Source: Eledone cirrhosa (taxonomy: Eukaryota). Taken from it: DNA of 64,000 nucleotides. Position 1 is the first letter of the stretch. Each line of letters begins with the position of its first letter. The stretch is from NCBI GenBank assembly GCA_964016885.1, contig CAXHJY010000522.1, positions 62,001-126,000 of the forward strand, given 5' to 3'. The notes under the pieces are model-generated. The model saw only the letters and a list, made by a program, of their open reading frames with translations. It was not told where the DNA came from and searched no databases. Shown in pieces: positions 36,615 through 50,866 of the stretch. The translations under genes were made by a program, and so were the position numbers.

Positions 36615-39600
36615 TCATCATCATCGTTTAACGTCCATATTCCACGCTTGCATGGGTTTGGATGGGAGTTTTCCCACTTGAGGCAAGAGTGGTTATCTTG
36701 CTCGCATAGGACTGTCTGGCTTGATTTCTACAGCTGGATGCCCTTCCTAACACCAACCACATTTAGTGTGGAACTGGGAGGTTTTTAACGTGTTACCTAC
36801 ACGGCCACATTACAGCGTGGACTGTCTGACGTGTTTTCTACAGCTGGATGCCCTTCCTAACACTAACCACATCTACAGTGTGGGACAGAGGTTTTTACCG
36901 TGTTGCCTACACGGCCACATTACAGCGTGGACTGTGTGTTTTTTTGTCGTGACACCTACACGACCTCATTTGTGTCAGGCTGGATGCTGTGGTACCAACA
37001 TAACTTTACATTGAAAGGGGTGGTGTGGATGGGGTGGGGTAGTGGGACGGGGGTGTATTTTGTTAGATGTGCCTACTGACTGTAGTAGGTTTCACTTTGT
37101 ACTTAGATAAGGCGGGTCTTCTCTATTACTGTGTAGCGCCAAAGATCTCGGTCCAGTGACATTGTCGTGGAGAGGTGTAAGTGTGTGAGGTCAGAATTTA
37201 TCAAGTCGTCCCAGGTTTTTCTGTGTCTGCCTACTCCGTCGCTACCGTCTATTTTTATTGCCCTGCACTTTTTTATACAGCTGTCGTCTTTCATGCGCAT
37301 CACGTGACCATACCAACGTAGCCTTCTCTCGAGTAAACAACATCTGATCCCTCTTATTTCTAATTTTTCCCTTAGTTCGTTTATGCTTTGCCGTTCACGT
37401 ATATTACTATTACACATCCAGCAAAGCATGCAAGATTCGTTCCTCTCCAGTCTGCGTATATCCTCTGCACACAATGCCCAGGTCTCACTGCCATGCAACA
37501 TTGCTGTTCGTATGCAGGCATCATACAGCCTGCCTTTCATTTTTAGGGAGAACCCTTTAACAGCTAATAGTGGTATAAGCTCTCTGAACTTTTTCCATCC
37601 AGTTCTGACTCTAGCTACTGTACTTTCAGAGCACCCTCCCCCACTGCTGATTTTGTCACCCAGGTAACGGACGCTGTCCACTATTTCTATAGAACCATTC
37701 TGTGCAATGGAATGAGCTAGTATTCTGTGGGTACTTGCTGCTACTTATTGCACCAGAGCACCGGCCACATATAAAATCTATGTTCTTAGTTAGCTTACCT
37801 GTGATCCCACTACATCTTTTATGCACCCATACTTTGCATTTGGGACATAAAATGGAGTTTCTACCTACTCCTTTCCTACACACTGAGCATGGCCATTTCC
37901 CAGGTTAATTTTAAAGCCTTTTGATTCTAGGCCATGCTTCCATGCTTGGAATTTCTTCTCTAGTTCGGCCGGTCTTGAACTCCACTGTTATAGCCTGAAG
38001 GGCAATAATAAATAATAGGGGACTAAGAATGGAGCCCTGATGAACACCTACTTTTACGCTAAACTCTTCACTATATTCGTTGTTAATTCTAGCCTTGCTG
38101 ACTGTTTCTTTATACATGGCTTGTATAGTTCTCACAAGCCATTCATCAACACCTAGTTTTCTAAGAGCCCACCAGATAATGGAACGGAGACTCTGTTGAC
38201 GGCTTTCTCCAAGTCGACAAAATCTAAGTATAGGGGTTTACTTTTAGCTAGGTACTTCTCCTGTAGTTGTCGTACAATGAAAAGAGCGTCTGTGGTACTT
38301 TTACCTGACACAAACCCGAACTGCATTTCATCTAGATCAATTCTCTCTATGATTAGTTGTGCTATTACTTTTTCTGTGACCTTCATGACCTGGTCGATTA
38401 ATTTAATGCCTCTATAGTTACTCCTATCTAGGGCATCTCCTTTACCCTTGTAGCACTTAATGATGATGCTGCTACGCCAGTCCTTCGGAACAACCCCATT
38501 CTGTATGACTTGGTTTACTATCCGGGTGACCATGGTGTGTCCCACCGTTCCAGAAGCTTTCAGCATTTCAGCAACTATTTCCGAAGGCCCAGCCGCCTTA
38601 CCCATCTTCATATCTTTGATTGCCTTACTTATTATACTACCTTCGACTAACACTGCTGGTCCCTCTATTGGATCGATGTGGGGGAGACTGTCTTTCTCCC
38701 ATTTATTCTCCTCATTTAGTAGCCTTTCGTAGTGACACTTCCAAGCTACCTTCTTATCAGTGTCAGTGATGGCAAGTGCACCATCATCATTAAGTACACA
38801 CTTCTCCCCGACAATATCACGGTTTTCCTTGACACATTGCCTAGCAATCCTGAACACCTCACGTTTTTAGTCCTCGCGTTGTAGAACATGCTTGAACTTT
38901 CTTTCCTCTGCTTCCCTTCTTGCGAAGTACACTTGTCTCCTAGCTTCCCTCCTGGCCACTTGATAGTCTTCTCTACTTCCCCCATCCCGCCATACTTTCC
39001 AAGCCTGCTTTTTGGCCTTAATTGACTCCTCCACCTTACTGTTCCACCACCATGTTACTCTCCTCCTGTCTATAGGCCTGCTCCAGCCACAGACTTCGTC
39101 TGCCGCCATCAGCAGGTTTGCTTTCAGGAATTCCCACTGTTCCTCTATATTGTACGACTCTAAATGCTCTTCCTTACTGTCGAAAGCATCAAGTAATATG
39201 CTTTTAAATTTATTACTGGCTGTGGGGTCCTTTAGCTTCCATATTTTTCTCCTGAGGATAGTCCTATGCTGCTGTCGAGTTCATCTCGTCCTGACTATGA
39301 GGTCGCTAACTATCAGTCTATGTTGGGAGTTGCATTCTTCATGGGGGAGGGATTTAGTGTTTACAACACACTGTCAAGTCTTCTGGTAAGGATATAATCT
39401 ACCTGGCTGATATGTTCCCCTGATCTGTAGGTGATCAAGTGATTGTCTCGTTTTTTGAAGTTAGTGTTACAGATAGTTAGGTTATTTGCGTCACAGAATT
39501 CCAGGATTCTGGAGCCTTCCTCATTTCTAGTACCAAACCCATAGCCTCCGTGGATTCCGTCATAGCCGTCACAATGTTGTCCAACGTGACCATTTAGGTC

Positions 39601-40631
39601 GCCAGCAATAATTATATAGTCACTGTCGGTTATTTGGAAGGTAGTGAGCATCAATGTCTCATAGAATCTGTCTTTTATAGCACCAGTCAGTCTGGATTGG
39701 GGCATGTACGCAGATATTAGAACAAGTCTTATTTAGAACAAGTCTTATTTTAATTATTCTGTCATTCACTCTATTTACGTCTATTATCTTATCCACCCAT
39801 TTTTCTGCTAACATGATTCCTATCCCACCCAGCCCATTGTCATTTCCCACCCAGAAAAGCTTATAGCATCGTTTTTTACCCACAATGAATCTAGCAGATC
39901 CGCCCCTCCATCTGGTCTCTTGGATACAGCAAACATCAACCTCCTTACGTTCAAGCATTTCTACAACCTCGTTAAAGCGGCCTTTTAAGGTGCCTACATT
40001 CATGGTACCAACTCTGAAGTTTTGGATTGCGTTTGGTGGGTGGGGCGCAGGGAGGGGTGAGGGGATGGGGTTGGGGTTATGTTGGCCATCCGCTGCCGCA
40101 ACAAAGAGGAGGGGGCCTTGCGCTTTCGCCTGGCGGCATGAGGTGAATTTGTCGTTATCTTTGGCATTGTCTATGAGTGTCCAGATTCTTCTGACTCTCC
40201 AGAAATTTCTTAGTCCATCCATCATATCGAAAAGCAACCAGAAGTGATAGCATAGGCCGTTGACTTGTGATTGGTCCAAATAATAAAGGTGGAGAGTGGG
40301 GGCGGGAGGGAGGGGTAGTTAGCGATGAGAAGATTATTTAGAACAGTGAGACAGAATTATAGAATAGCAATTATGAAGTAGGATTTGGATTCTGGGCGAT
40401 TATTGATATATGGATGAATGAACCGAAGGGTGTGGTACAAGAAGAAAATGGTATTTTTACATTACATTTCGTAGAAGTGGACTGACCATTAATAAGAGTT
40501 GACAAATTCTGAGTTTTGTCCCTCATAACAGGCTTATTTATATTTGGTGCGAGTAGGGAGTAAGAGAGAGAGAGGGACAGAGAGGGACGTATATGATAGA
40601 GAGAGTGGGGGTGATAGCGATTTAGAGGAAC
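36615..40631 (-). mobile_element. Near full-length RTE LINE (subfamily B), frameshifted
   Basis: Endonuclease (GTMNVGTL, CIQETRW, AGDLNGHVG), RT, PHD-type finger (37760-37890) and C-terminal HGSETW/RLRWYGH. The 3' UTR has an internal duplication of ~110 bp; (GAT)n tail. Confidence 0.93.
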
Positions 40632-40653
40632 ATATATATATACATATACACAC

Positions 40654-40696
<43 letters not shown>

Positions 40697-40844
40697 CACA
40701 CACACATATATATATACATATACACATACATACATACATAAATACATAAATACATACATACATACATACATAAATACATACATATATATACATACATACA
40801 TAAATACATACATATATATACATACATACATACATATATATACA

Positions 40845-40880
<36 letters not shown>

Positions 40881-40939
40881 TACATACATATATATATACA
40901 TACATATATATATACATACATACATACATACATATATAC

Positions 40940-41006
<67 letters not shown>

Positions 41007-41035
41007 TATACATACATACATACATACATACATAC

Positions 41036-41066
<31 letters not shown>

Positions 41067-41112
41067 CATACATACATACATATATATACATACATACATA
41101 CATATATATACA

Positions 41113-41180
<68 letters not shown>

Positions 41181-41629
41181 TACATGTACACACACATACA
41201 TACATATATATATATATATACACATACACACACATACATACATATATATATATACACACATACATATATATATATACACACATACATACATATATATATA
41301 TATATACATATACACACATACATACATATACATACATACATACATACATACATACACATATATACATACATACACATATATACATACATACATATATATA
41401 TACATATATACATACATATATATATATACATATATACATACATATATATATATACATATATACATACATATATATATATATACATATATACATACATATA
41501 TATATATACATACATATATATACACACATACATACATACATATATATACACACATACATATATATACACACATATATATATATATATACACACACATACA
41601 TACATACATATATATATATATATACATGT

Positions 41630-41661
<32 letters not shown>

Positions 41662-41680
41662 CCATGTATACATACATATA
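40632..41680. repeat. ~1 kb compound (TACA)n/(TA)n microsatellite
   Basis: Direct inspection. Confidence 0.95.
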
Positions 41681-41906
41681 TGGTGGCTGCCAACTCGATT
41701 TCGAGTACGGCCACTACTTTATATCCATGTAGGAGAACCCCTACCGATGCGCTGAACGAGTGCGACTTTTTAGTCCAGCCAGCAACTTGAAAACTCTGGT
41801 ACAAACACTACACTTGTGACAATTATTGACACATAGTGCTGGGCTCATGGTATCATGTGACGACAAGTGCAGAGAGATCTCCAGATATAAAGCAATGCCT
41901 GTGCCG

Positions 41907-41967
41907 TATATATATATATATATACACATACATACATATACACACATACATACATATATATATATAT

Positions 41968-42011
<44 letters not shown>

Positions 42012-42251
42012 ATACATATATATATATATACACACATACATACATATATATATATATACACACATACATACATATATATATATATACACACATACATACA
42101 TACATATATATATATATATACACACATACATATATATATATATATATACACACACATATATATATATACACACACACATACATATATATATATATACACA
42201 CACACATACATATATATATATATACACACACACATACATATATATATATAT

Positions 42252-42318
<67 letters not shown>

Positions 42319-42399
42319 CACACACATATATATATATATATATACACACACACATATATATATATATATATACACACACACATACATATATATATATAT

Positions 42400-42430
<31 letters not shown>

Positions 42431-42569
42431 CACACACATACATATATATATATATATACACACACATACATATATATATATATATACACACACATACATA
42501 TATATATATATATACACACACATACATATATATATATATATACACACACATACATATATATATATATAT

Positions 42570-42605
<36 letters not shown>

Positions 42606-42716
42606 ATATACACACATACATATATATACATATACACACATACATACATATATATACATATACACACATACATACATATATATACATATACACACATACA
42701 TAGATATATATATATA
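41907..42716. repeat. ~0.8 kb compound microsatellite with a higher-order ~22-24 bp unit, (TA)n(CA)nTACA
   Basis: Direct inspection. Confidence 0.95.
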
Positions 42717-42966
42717 TTGTTATACTTTGGGAGGGTCATGTTGCCAATAAGTATAACAAATCGCCTTCAACACACTTTTTCAGATAAAGAATCTTGCTCA
42801 ACAAATTCAGAAACGAAATATATATATATATATATATATTTATTAAAATAACAGATTAAAGTTTGAGCAAAGAATCGCTGCTTTCACCCTTAACGGGATC
42901 TTCTGAAACTAACAAAGTCAATCTGTAAACGCAGAACTGGATATTTAAAAAAAATGTTATTATTAT

Positions 42967-43023
<57 letters not shown>

Positions 43024-43069
43024 TATACATACATATATATATATATATTTTATTTTTTTTATTTTTATG

Positions 43070-46000
43070 ACCATGCTGTAAAACGGACTGGTAGAGAGAG
43101 CCCTTGAGTCTAGTAAGACATCCTCACTAGTGCTGGTGGCACAAATAAAAGCACCCAGTCCATGCTGTAAAGTGACCCTGGTGTTAGGAAGGGCATCCAA
43201 CCAGTGTATCAATGCCAAAACGATTCATCAGCACAGCAACAAGTAGATAGGAACAACAAAATATGAAGACGTCGCATCTCAGAGTTGAAACACTTAATGT
43301 TGGCACTCTCAGAGGTAGATCTGCTGAAATAGCGGAGATGCTGGAGAGAAGGCATGTGAATGTGTGCAAGAAGTGAGATGGAGAGGTGCCTCTATGAGAC
43401 TAGTCGTAGGCAAACATCTTAGCTATAAGCTTTTCTGAGTAGGTAAGGATGATGGGTTAGGGGGAGTAGGCATTTTCCTGGCTGAGAGATGGTTCAATAA
43501 GACGATAGAGGTAGTTTGAGTTAGTAATCGAATAATTAAGCTTAGATTAGTTGTAGGCAGGAGACTACTGACAATCATCTCTGCCTATGCTCCTCAAGCA
43601 GGCCTAGGCAGAGAAGAGAAAGACTGCTTTTACGAGAAACTTTTACAAACAACCGCAATGACAGAGGACGGAGACATCGTTATGCTAGCAGGGGACTTCA
43701 ATGGTCATGTTGGACAGCTCCAGGATGGTTACACTGGGGTACATGGTGGGCACGGTTACGGCTGAAGAAATGAAGAAGGAGTGAGACTTCTTGAATTTTG
43801 TGATGCAAATACACTGACTATTTGCAACACTAACTTCCAGAAACCTGCCAACCACCTAATAACCTACAAATCTGGCGAGCACATAAGCCAGATTGACTTT
43901 TTACTAGTTAGGCAGCGGGACAGGCAGATGTCTAATACCAAGGCATACCCTGGGAAAGAATGTACCCCACAGCATAGGTTAGTCGTTAGTGATATCTCAG
44001 TAAGCAAGAGATGGAATGAGACATACAGGAAGGTGTGGAGAAGAAAGGTCTGGAAGTTAAAAGACCTTTCACTAAAATACAAATTTAGGAAAGCCCTTCA
44101 AGATGTATATCACGAAAAAGAAGACGATTTAGAGACATATGACATAGATAATAACTGGAATTTCTTAAGTGACAACTTACTGCAGACTACTGATGAAACT
44201 TGTGGCTGGAGCAGAGCTCCAACCAGACAGCGACTGACCTGGTGGTGGAACAACACAGTAGATAAGGCCATTAGAGACAAAAGACTAACATGGAAGGCTT
44301 GGAAAAAGGGTGGGAGTAGGGAAGGATATACAGCTGCTAGGAGAGAAGCTAGACGTCAGTTGTACTTAGCACGCAGGAAGGTTGAGAGTAGGAGGTTTGC
44401 CAATGTTCTGTGACAGGAAGATCAGAGGCGTGCGGTGTTCCACATTGCAAGGCTGTCAATGCAAATTAAGATGTTGTTGGAGATAAATGTGTCCGGAATG
44501 ATGCCGGTGTACTTAGTGTCACGAATGATCAGAAAAAGGAGGCCCAGAAATGTCATTATGAGAGACTGATTAATGTGGAGAACGAATGGGAGAGAGAGAA
44601 ATTACCCTTAGTAGATCCGACAGTGGGACCAGCTATTGCGATTGACGAATATAGGGTCCAAGAGGCGATTAAAGAAATGAAAAATGGTAAGGCTGCTGGA
44701 CCATCGGGGATAGTTGCTGAGATGCTGAAGGCATCAGGGGACGTAGGCACTAAACTGGTTGCAGGCATCATCAATCAGGCTATATATGGTGGTGTCATAC
44801 CCAAAGACTGGTGCAGCAGTATTCTCATAAATTGCTACAAAGGTAAAGGGGATGCTCTGGAGAGGAGCAATTATAGGGGTATAAAACTGATGGATCAGGT
44901 GATGAAAGTGGCAGAAAGGATATTAGCACAAGTAATTAGAGAAAGGGTCAAACTAGATGAGATGCAGTTTGGTTTTGTGCCTGGGAAGAGTACAACAGAT
45001 GCTCTCTTCTTGGTGAGACAATTGCAAGAGCAGTTTTTAGAGAAAAATAAGCCACTATACTTAGCCTCTGTTGATCTAGAAAATGCCTTTGATAGTAAAG
45101 TGAGAATAGGAATGGAGTTTAGTGAGGAATTCCAGATACAAGTAGGTGTACATCAGAGTTCGGTCCTCAGCCCGCTCTTTTTCATTATAGTCCTACAAGC
45201 CATAACAGAGGAATTTAAGACTGGCTGCACATGGGAACTTCTCTATGTTGATGATCTGGTTCTTATAGCAGAATCAGTAGAGGAGTTAAAAAATAAATTC
45301 TGGCTATGGAAACAACAGTTAGAATCAAGAGGCCTGAGAGTGAACATAGCTAAAACAAAAGTGTTGATAAGAAGAGAGGACAATATTCTGATTCCATCGG
45401 GGAAATGGCCATGTTCGATGTGTAGGAAAGGAACTGGCATAAATTCCACAAAATGTATGCAATGCAGTTCTTGGGTACACAAAAGATGCAGTGGGATAGC
45501 AGGCAAACTAACAGGTAGGGAAACTATGTATGCAGTAGATGTACAGGGAAAGTTGGCATTAGTAATCGCAGTGATAGACACATTTTTCCAATGCAGGTGG
45601 GTTCTATAGAAGTGGTTGATAGCTTCTGGTACCTAGGTGATCAGATTAGCATGGGAGGGGGGTGTTCCGAGGCCATAGTATCTAGAATAAGGACGGGTTG
45701 GAAGAAGTTTAGGGAGCTGCTTCCTCTGCTGATGAAGAAGGGTTTCTCCCTGCATACGAAAGGACGGTTATATGATGCCTGTGTGAGGAGCGCGATGCTG
45801 CATGGTAGTGAGACATGGGTAGCAACTGCAGAGGATATACGACGGTTGGAGAGAAATGAGGCAATGAGGCAAGCATGCTCCGTTGGATCTGCAATGTCAA
45901 TGTGCGTGAACGACCCAGCATGAATGTGTTGAGTGAGAAACTGTGTCTGAGAGGGATAGAATGTAGTGTGTGAGAGAGGAGACTGAGGTGGTATGGACAT

Positions 46001-46232
46001 GTGATGCGCATGGAGGATGACCGATGGGTGAAGAAGTGCCAGGAAATGCCAGTTGAAGGAAGACATGTTAGAGGTAGACCACGAAAAACATGGGCGGAGG
46101 TGGTGAGAACAGACCTCAGAAGCTCACGGTAGAGATGACGAAGGACCGTGACAAGTGGAGAGATGCTGTGCTGAATAAGACCCGTCACACCCTTGCAAGC
46201 AGGGAAAAGCGGACTTAAAATGATGATGATGA
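43070..46232 (+). mobile_element. RTE LINE (subfamily C), degenerate but near full length including the 5' UTR
   Basis: TLNVGTLRGR, AGDFNGHVG, EFCDAN, TWWWN, NCYKGKGD, LLYVDD, PHD-type finger and HGSETW, with multiple stops and deletions. Tail CCCTTGCAAGCAGGGAAAAGCGGAC..(GAT)n. Confidence 0.92.
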
Positions 46233-46243
46233 TACATATACAC

Positions 46244-46277
<34 letters not shown>

Positions 46278-46312
46278 GTTACTGCAGAACATTTCCATAT
46301 ATATATATATAT

Positions 46313-46450
46313 ATATTGTTATATTTGGGGAGGGTCATATTTGCGTAATATTGCCAGAATTAATAACAGAACACACTCACTGTTTGGTTGGTTCTGTTAT
46401 TAATTCTGGCAATATTACGCAAATATGACCCTCCCCAAATATAACAATAT
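46313..46450. repeat. Perfect inverted repeat with 60 bp arms and an 18 nt spacer
   Basis: 46313-46372 is the exact reverse complement of 46391-46450. A related terminus lies at 42715-42820. Confidence 0.92.
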
Positions 46451-46539
46451 CTGTTTCGACACACGATTTCATATAAAAAACCTTGCAAAACTAATTCATC
46501 GCCGCTATATATATATACATAAATATATAGATATATGCA

Positions 46540-47460
46540 AGCAGCAAACATAAATTACAAAGCAAACGACACAGTTCAAGGAAGAAATATATTATAAGTT
46601 TACACTTGATAAAGTAAGAAAACAGGCTTGACGTTTCGGACACTAGTCCTCTATCAGAAAATAGAATGAGGAATTAAAGAAGAAATAGAAACAGGCAGTG
46701 TCAGATGTGAAAAAAAAAAATGTTTAGAGAAAAATCAGGTCTATTCATTCTGCCATCTCTAGGAAACTGTGGATTTTGGCGTTTCATTCAAGATAATCTT
46801 ATTTTAAGAGGTGGTGATCGAGTGCATCCAGTTGAAAGGAAAATAAAACCATTTTGTATATAGAGCTGCATATGTGTATATGTTATTCATCCATACAAAG
46901 CTAAGAGGATATGTGTCTGTATATGTAAGTATAAGAGAGAGAGTGTGTGTGTATGTTTGAGTGTTTGTAAGTACGAAGCTGTGAGCACATGAGTGTGTAT
47001 ATAAGTGTATGTGTGCGTTAGTTGTTGGTCTATACAGAGCTGTGAAGGTAAGTGTAGAGGTGTGTGTGTGTGGTTTTTGATGGTCTGTATAAGCTGTAAG
47101 AAAGTGTATTTCTGACCATATCAGAGCCACAGGAACCTAGGGGGTGAATGTACATGCATGTGTGACAGTGGATGAGGTAATGGCTAGGGATAGAGAAGTA
47201 TGCACAAGCATATGTGTGCAAAATTAAAGAAATTGGAGGGAGTTGAGTCCATTAGGGAAACTGGACCCAAGTTGGAAAATAGGACTCTGCTCAGTCCTAT
47301 AAAAGAACACCAAAGACTGAGACATGTAGAGAAGAGTGGCATGGGGAGTAGAAATGACAAGCGATATGGGTATCCTTGCTAAGTTGTATGTCCCACAAGT
47401 GTTTAGCGAAAAAGTTTACCAGATGGCTGCTTGTTTGTCCAATGTATATGGACCCACAAT
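46540..47460 (-). mobile_element. 3' part of a Penelope-like element: GIY-YIG endonuclease remnant plus terminal repeat
   Basis: Minus strand CGSIYIGQTS..F.KH..DI..IACHF..H..VSVFG then IFQLG..PNGLN; hammerhead-like motif at 46627-46660. Confidence 0.8.
46627..46660 (-). ncRNA. Degenerate PLE-type hammerhead
   Basis: UUU-CUGAUAG-AGGA-CUAGUG-UCC-GAAAC-GUC^-AAG. The core reads CUGAUAG instead of CUGAUGA, so it is probably inactive. Confidence 0.55.
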
Positions 47461-47478
47461 ATATATATATATATATAT

Positions 47479-47879
47479 ATGGGTCAGCTGAAAAGTTCAT
47501 AGGCTGAGTATGAAGTATTTAGGCTAGAGCTGTGAAATCATGCATTAATTTCAACTCTTCTACTTCTTTGTCCACTTATTCCTGAGAGGGTCATGGGGGA
47601 AGAGTCTTCAAACACTTCTTTCAGCGGGTCCTGTCAGAAGCAGCCATCTCCAACTGATCCAGCTGAATCCCCAAGCATGACCAGGCAAGCTCATGGATGT
47701 TATCCAGCCATCTTGCTCGGGGTCTACTCCTGGGTGTCTCGCCAGTTGGTTTTTAATTTCAACTCTTCTTATTAATAACTCCATTGTTTCTTTCCAGGGA
47801 CTATGTTAAAAAATAAACCTCAGTTGGCCATTCCATGAGTATTGTAGTCAGCCAATGAACTTTTCAGTCAACCCTCATG
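47479..47879. mobile_element. mariner-derived MITE, related to the element at 53845
   Basis: TIRs GGGTCAGCTGAAAAGTTCATAGGCTGA and TCAGCCAATGAACTTTTCAGTCAACCCTCA. Confidence 0.8.
47562..47752 (-). mobile_element. 5'-truncated Rex3/Expander-like RTE 3' end inserted in the mariner MITE
   Basis: RPRARWLDNIHELAWSCLGI..DR..LPP.PSQE*; 17 bp TSD TTAATTTCAACTCTTCT at 47545-47561 and 47753-47769. Confidence 0.85.
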
Positions 47880-48059
47880 TATATATATATGTATATATAT
47901 ATATACACACACACACACAGACATATATATAGACACACACACATATATGAATACAAGCTGTGGTAGCTGACGTTGCATAAGTACCAAATATACAGAACTT
48001 TTGTTAGAGGGGAGGAAATTAAATGACTTATAAATAGATTTTATGAATTTTTAACATAC

Positions 48060-48440
48060 ATATGCGACGGCTGGAGAGAAATGAAGCAAGCATGCTCCGT
48101 TGGATGTGCAATATCAATGTGCATGAACGACCAAGCATAGACTAGTTGTGCGAGAAACTGTGAATAAGAGAGATAAGTTGTGGTGTGCGGGAGAGAAGAC
48201 TGAGATGGTATGGACATGTGATGCACATGAGGATGACTGCTGGGTAAAGAAGTGCCAAGAAATCCCAGTAGAGGAAGACCACAAAAAACATGGGCGGAGG
48301 TGGTGAGAGCAGACCTCAAATCACTGAAGCTCACGGAGGAGATGACGAAGGACCGTGACAAGTGGAGAGATGCTGTGCTGAATAGGACCCATCCCACCCT
48401 TGCAAGCAGGGAAAAGCGGACGTAAAATGATGATGATGAA
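48060..48440 (+). mobile_element. RTE subfamily C-like 3' fragment
   Basis: RRLERNEASMLRWMC..RLRWYGHV; same tail as 46180-46232. Confidence 0.85.
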
Positions 48441-50866
48441 ACAAATATACATCATGGAAAAAAGATGTACACCCTAATCCCACCCACATCCATGATTCAC
48501 TTCCCTTGTCCACTCAATGAAAAGAATTGTCACATAGTGTCACAGACACAAGCTTCTAATTACTAATATACTCACACACACATATTTTTACACACACACA
48601 TCAACACCCAATAAGAGATTTACATGGGTATGTATCAATTTATTGACCTCTAAATGCATGTATTTATACACACAAAAGAGACAGAATCACAAGTAAACAC
48701 AATCACATATAAACATATAATGAATCAGTGTATATGCATCTACATGCTTGAGTGAGAGAAACAGAATCAGAGAAAAAAAAGGAGGAAAGATTGAAAGAGA
48801 AAGTTGAGTGAAAAAAATCCCGATTTATTTTGTCATTTTTTATAGTTTACTTCTTTTCAACTTGCCCATTTCCCCTCCATTATAATTTTCACTCTTTCCC
48901 CATCCAATTTCTTCAATTCATCCTTTTTACACTAAGGGCAGTTGAGAATCAAAATTAAAAAAAATAAATTAATTTACTGTTACAAACTAACTTTAACTGT
49001 TCACAAGTATCACTTTAAATATATTTATTCTTATAATTCAGCTTTCACTTCCCTCTTTCCCCAGTATAAAATCTTTATTATGAACTAAATTCAACCACTC
49101 TAAACACATTTATCTGAATAAACTACTTTCAGCTGCATCCCCAAGAACACTAAATCAACTTCAAAAGGATGTTAAGACATGAAAACCATTTCACAGGACT
49201 TAATTAACTTCTGTGAATAATGTTGTATAAATCACTGATAAAATAGTTGCCTTACAAGAAGGACATTTAATACTGAGGACCAACATAAAGAGAGCAGCGG
49301 TTGATAAAAAGACAGGCAGCTAAATAACTTCATATAAAGCACTTATCCTCAACAGTTGAGTTATTATTACGTTAAATACAGCAGCAATACATTGAAAACA
49401 CCAAGAAAGCATTCTAGCTCTATTAATCAGCAGCACCAAAGTCTGCAATAATTCCACTCAACATTAAGCATCACATTTTCTACATCTTACATGTTGAAGG
49501 AATTTAAACAAACAATTAGCACTTTCTCCCTTTCTTTTGCTGTCTCTCTCTTTCTATTTGACTGTCTCCCTTACATTCTCTTTCTCGCTCTTTCAATATC
49601 TATCTATCTTATCAAAGTTTATTGATTTTTATCTATTTTCAGAGTTTCCATGTCAGGATTCATGTGTCAAGGTACTTTTAGAAACCAAATATAGTTGGCA
49701 AGTAAGTGATTCTCAGTGTAAACAACATTAAAAGTCAAATGATATTGAGTGTATGCAGAAATGATTTCCCTTGGCCATTATTCATGCTTATCTTAATTAA
49801 TCTTCTTTTTAATATCAACCCAGAATTTGAGAAGATAATATAACTAAAATAAAAAGTCAATCCTCAACAAGAAAATACACATTAAAGTAAAAGATTAATA
49901 ATAATAACAATAATAATAAGTTAAATTAATCTTTAAATGAGATCATATCCCACAAAAGTAAAGTGGGTAATATACATACTTAATATAGTCTCTATATCAC
50001 TTCTTAATTCTTAATAGCAGTTTCAAACAGTATTTCAAATGACGGAAAATGAGGCTCCAACTCTATTTCCACTCCACTCCCATTGATAGGAAGATTATTC
50101 CATTTTTCATTACATTTAATCGAGGAGAGGGAGAGAAATGTCCATCTATTAGCAGGACAAGAGAATAATCATGGGAAAAATGAAATAGTAAGCCTGGTAA
50201 TGTGATTTGTGTTAGGTAGGGCATCCAGCCAAAGAAACCATACCAAACATGGAGTTAAAATCACTCTTCAGTTGTGTCAATCATATGACAATTACTCTTG
50301 AGTTGGTGTCACCTAATACACTCAATGAAGTCGTTAGTGTTAGGAAGAGCATCCGGTTGTAGTAAACTTGTCAAACAAAGTTGAGAGGACTTTGCATTTG
50401 TATCAATGACATGACAACTTCTCCATGACAAAATACACCCAGTATATTCCGTATACTGGAACGCATGTGAGATAATATCAGGCAAGAATTCATATAATCA
50501 TTGGTGTCGTATATGATAAATTAAGGCAGTCAAATGTAAAAATTGTAAGAGCATCAGAGAGAATGCATTGCGATGTTTCTGCATTGTGAGTTCAAATCCT
50601 GCCATGTTCTACTTTACCTTTCATCCTTTCAGGGTTGATAAAATACCAGCCCAATGGTACTGCAGCCACCCCCCACCCTCCTCTCTATCTCTAGCTGTCA
50701 CATCCTAGATGTTATGCAGAATCAAAGGTGGGAGGGACAGGTGTGCCCATGTGTCTGTCTACAACTACAAAAGCACTTAAAACCATTAGTTAAAACATGA
50801 CATGCTACAGAGACACCTTTGAAAATGAGTAGTGGTTATATCTTTTTATTATTATTATTATATTAG

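Noticed and set aside
40371-42851. Long ORFs of 280-480 aa (YIYIH/MYVC repeats), also at 31047-32156 and 33069-33489
   Set aside because: Translations of TA/CA microsatellites that lack stop codons; not protein-coding.
42871-42910. Hammerhead-like CAGAAGA-UCCCG..AGGGU-GAAAG on the minus strand
   Set aside because: Core U4 is altered and there is no convincing stem I or III; too degenerate to call.
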